Shown here piece after piece: positions 62,101 to 64,000 of a stretch of DNA of 64,000 bases. Under the pieces are notes generated by a model. That model had not been told where the DNA came from and made no database searches. It saw only the letters and a program-made list of their open reading frames with translations. The DNA is from Mobula hypostoma (taxonomy: Eukaryota), in NCBI RefSeq assembly GCF_963921235.1, contig NC_086107.1:108068001-108132000 (forward strand), given 5' to 3'. The position numbers and the translations under genes were made by a program. Position 1 is the stretch's first letter, and the number at the start of each line of letters is the position of its first letter.

Positions 62101-63169
62101 TTTGTGGTCCTCCTTCGCCATCTCTCTCCGTTACAGTCGAGTGAGTTGGTGACCATGACTTTTTGATTGTAATGAACAGGTAACATAATATATATAATTA
62201 CAAGATTTATGCCTCGTTCTTGACCTCTGGATCACAAAGTCACCAGGATCTGACAGTACTAATCAAGATGTCCACTTTGTGTTGGATTGTGTTACTTAAA
62301 TTGTTCACTGGACCTCAGTATATGTGACAATAATGAACCAATTTACCAATTTAAGCTTCTTACATGCTGCTGGGACTGCACTCATTCCAGAAAAGTGGAG
62401 AGTAACTTCATGATATGATATTGTGCACAGGTGCACCCATAACATCACCATGTGTAAGATGTAAGGCCCATAGCATTGTCACTGATTGCTCCCATCCGAT
62501 GCAGAATCTCTTTGAACTCCTACCATCAGGCAGGAGGTACCATAGCATTAGGATAAGGACTACTAGGATGGGATACAGCTTCTTCCCCCAGTGAGACTAT
62601 TGAACTCCCCGCCACCACCCAGGTCTTATCACTTATAAAGGAGGGTTAAACTGTTTAATTTTGAACTTGTGTCATAAATGCATCTTATGCTAAATGCCAA
62701 TCTTCTGGAATATATTTTATTATTTCTATATGTATTTGTGGAAATATTACTTTCTGTGGTGTGTGTGTGTGTGTGTGTGTGTGTTAGTTATATGTACTGT
62801 GTTGTACACCTTGGTCCCAGAGGAACATTGTTTCGTTTGGTGGTATACATGTATATCGTTGATTGGCAATAATCTTGAACTTGAACTTAATTATTGGATA
62901 GTCATATAAACCTGCTTCTCCCACCCACTTTTTGTGTGTCCCTACCCTATTAAGTCCCTGGTTAATATACATCTCACAACCAGCGCTAAACAAGTTGATT
63001 AGGCCATCGTCATAACGACACTTGAGGAAGCTTGGTGTGCATAGATACTATGCCCTAGGGAGTTGAGGAGACTAGCTCATTAAAAGTATTTAAAGCGGGA
63101 GTAGATGCATTATGAACAAAATCGGGTGTTTGAGAATGACAGTGATCAAGCACAGAGAAGGATTGAAGC

Positions 63170-63756
63170 GGGGGTAAATCAGACAAGAGGGGGCAGGATT
63201 GAGGATGGGGTAGATCAGAGAGAAGAGAGGGACAGTATTGAGGGCTGAGGTAGATCAGAGTGAAGAGAGGGGCAGGATTGACACTGGGGTAGGTTAGAGA
63301 GAAGAGAGGGGCAGGATTGAGACCTGGGGTAGATCAGAGTGAAGAGAGGGGCAGGATTGAGGCTGGGATAGATCAGAGTGAAGAGAGGGGCAGTATTGAG
63401 GGTTGAGGTAGATCAGAGTGAAGGGAGGGGCAGAACTGAGGCCGGGGTAAGTCAGAGAGAAGAGAGGGGCAGGATTGAGGCTGGGGTAGATCAGAGAGAA
63501 GAGAGGGGCAGTATTGAGGGCTGAGGTAGATCAGAGTGAAGAGAGGCGCAGTATTGAGGGCTAGGTAGATCAAAGTGAAGAGAGGGGCAGGATTGAGGCC
63601 GGGGTAGGTCAGAGAGAAGAGAGGGGCAGGATTGAGTCTGGAGTAGATCAGAGTGAAGAGAGGGGCAGGATTGAGGGCTAGGTAGATCAGACTGAAGAGA
63701 GGGGCAGGATTGAGGCTGGAGTAGATCAGAGCGAAGAGAGGGGCAGGACTGAGGGG
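63170..63756. repeat. Purine-rich minisatellite, about 15 copies of a 39-40 nt unit gtagatcagagtgaagagaggggcaggattgaggctggg
   Basis: Direct observation. Confidence 0.95.
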
Positions 63757-64000
63757 TCTTAATCCTAGTGTTCTCGGGAATACTTCACAACTTACATCGT
63801 TTCATTTCTGAATGGACAATGGACCCATGAACATTACCTCATTACTTCTATTCTCTTTCTGCAATGCTTCTTTAACTTCTTTCAATACAGTATACATCTC
63901 TTATTATAATTTATAATATATTTTATGTATTGCACTGTATTGCAACAAAACAACAAATTTCACAACGTATAAACCTCATTCTGATTCTGATTTTCTGTTA

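Noticed and set aside
55000..64000. Upstream domain III pore exon (ALMSLFVLASKDGWV)
   Set aside because: Not found by eye; probably lies beyond 64000

Overview
Eukaryotic (vertebrate) genomic DNA. The repeat content (V-SINE/HE1-like SINEs, DeuSINE remnants, CR1, Rex1/Babar, Penelope-like elements) suggests a cartilaginous fish, probably a ray; that is inference. The whole window lies inside one minus-strand gene, a T-type voltage-gated Ca2+ channel alpha-1 subunit that best matches CACNA1I (Cav3.3). I traced 12 coding exons with canonical GT-AG ends and mutually compatible phases (1836 nt, 612 codons), from domain III S6 (54990) through domain IV into the C-terminal tail (3492). The upstream exons and the terminal exon appear to lie outside the window. 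Several exons are missing from the ORF track. Almost every other ORF in the track is a transposon fragment or spurious. Main points of interest: (1) fold-back Penelope-like (GIY-YIG) retroelements with 12-14 bp target-site duplications that carry minimal type I hammerhead ribozyme motifs, four of them on the pre-mRNA strand, plus a second PLE family with its own hammerhead; (2) a clean in-frame 126-nt candidate exon in the Cav3.3 C-tail; (3) a C-tail exon that keeps a Cav3.1/3.2-type SLPN(N/D)SY motif; (4) Thr (ACC) in place of the usual Ala in the domain IV voltage sensor; (5) a splice acceptor whose pyrimidine tract looks like a SINE/LINE (TTG)n tail. Exon, hammerhead and TSD coordinates were counted base by base. 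Other repeat boundaries are approximate. Homology statements come from recall, not database searches.
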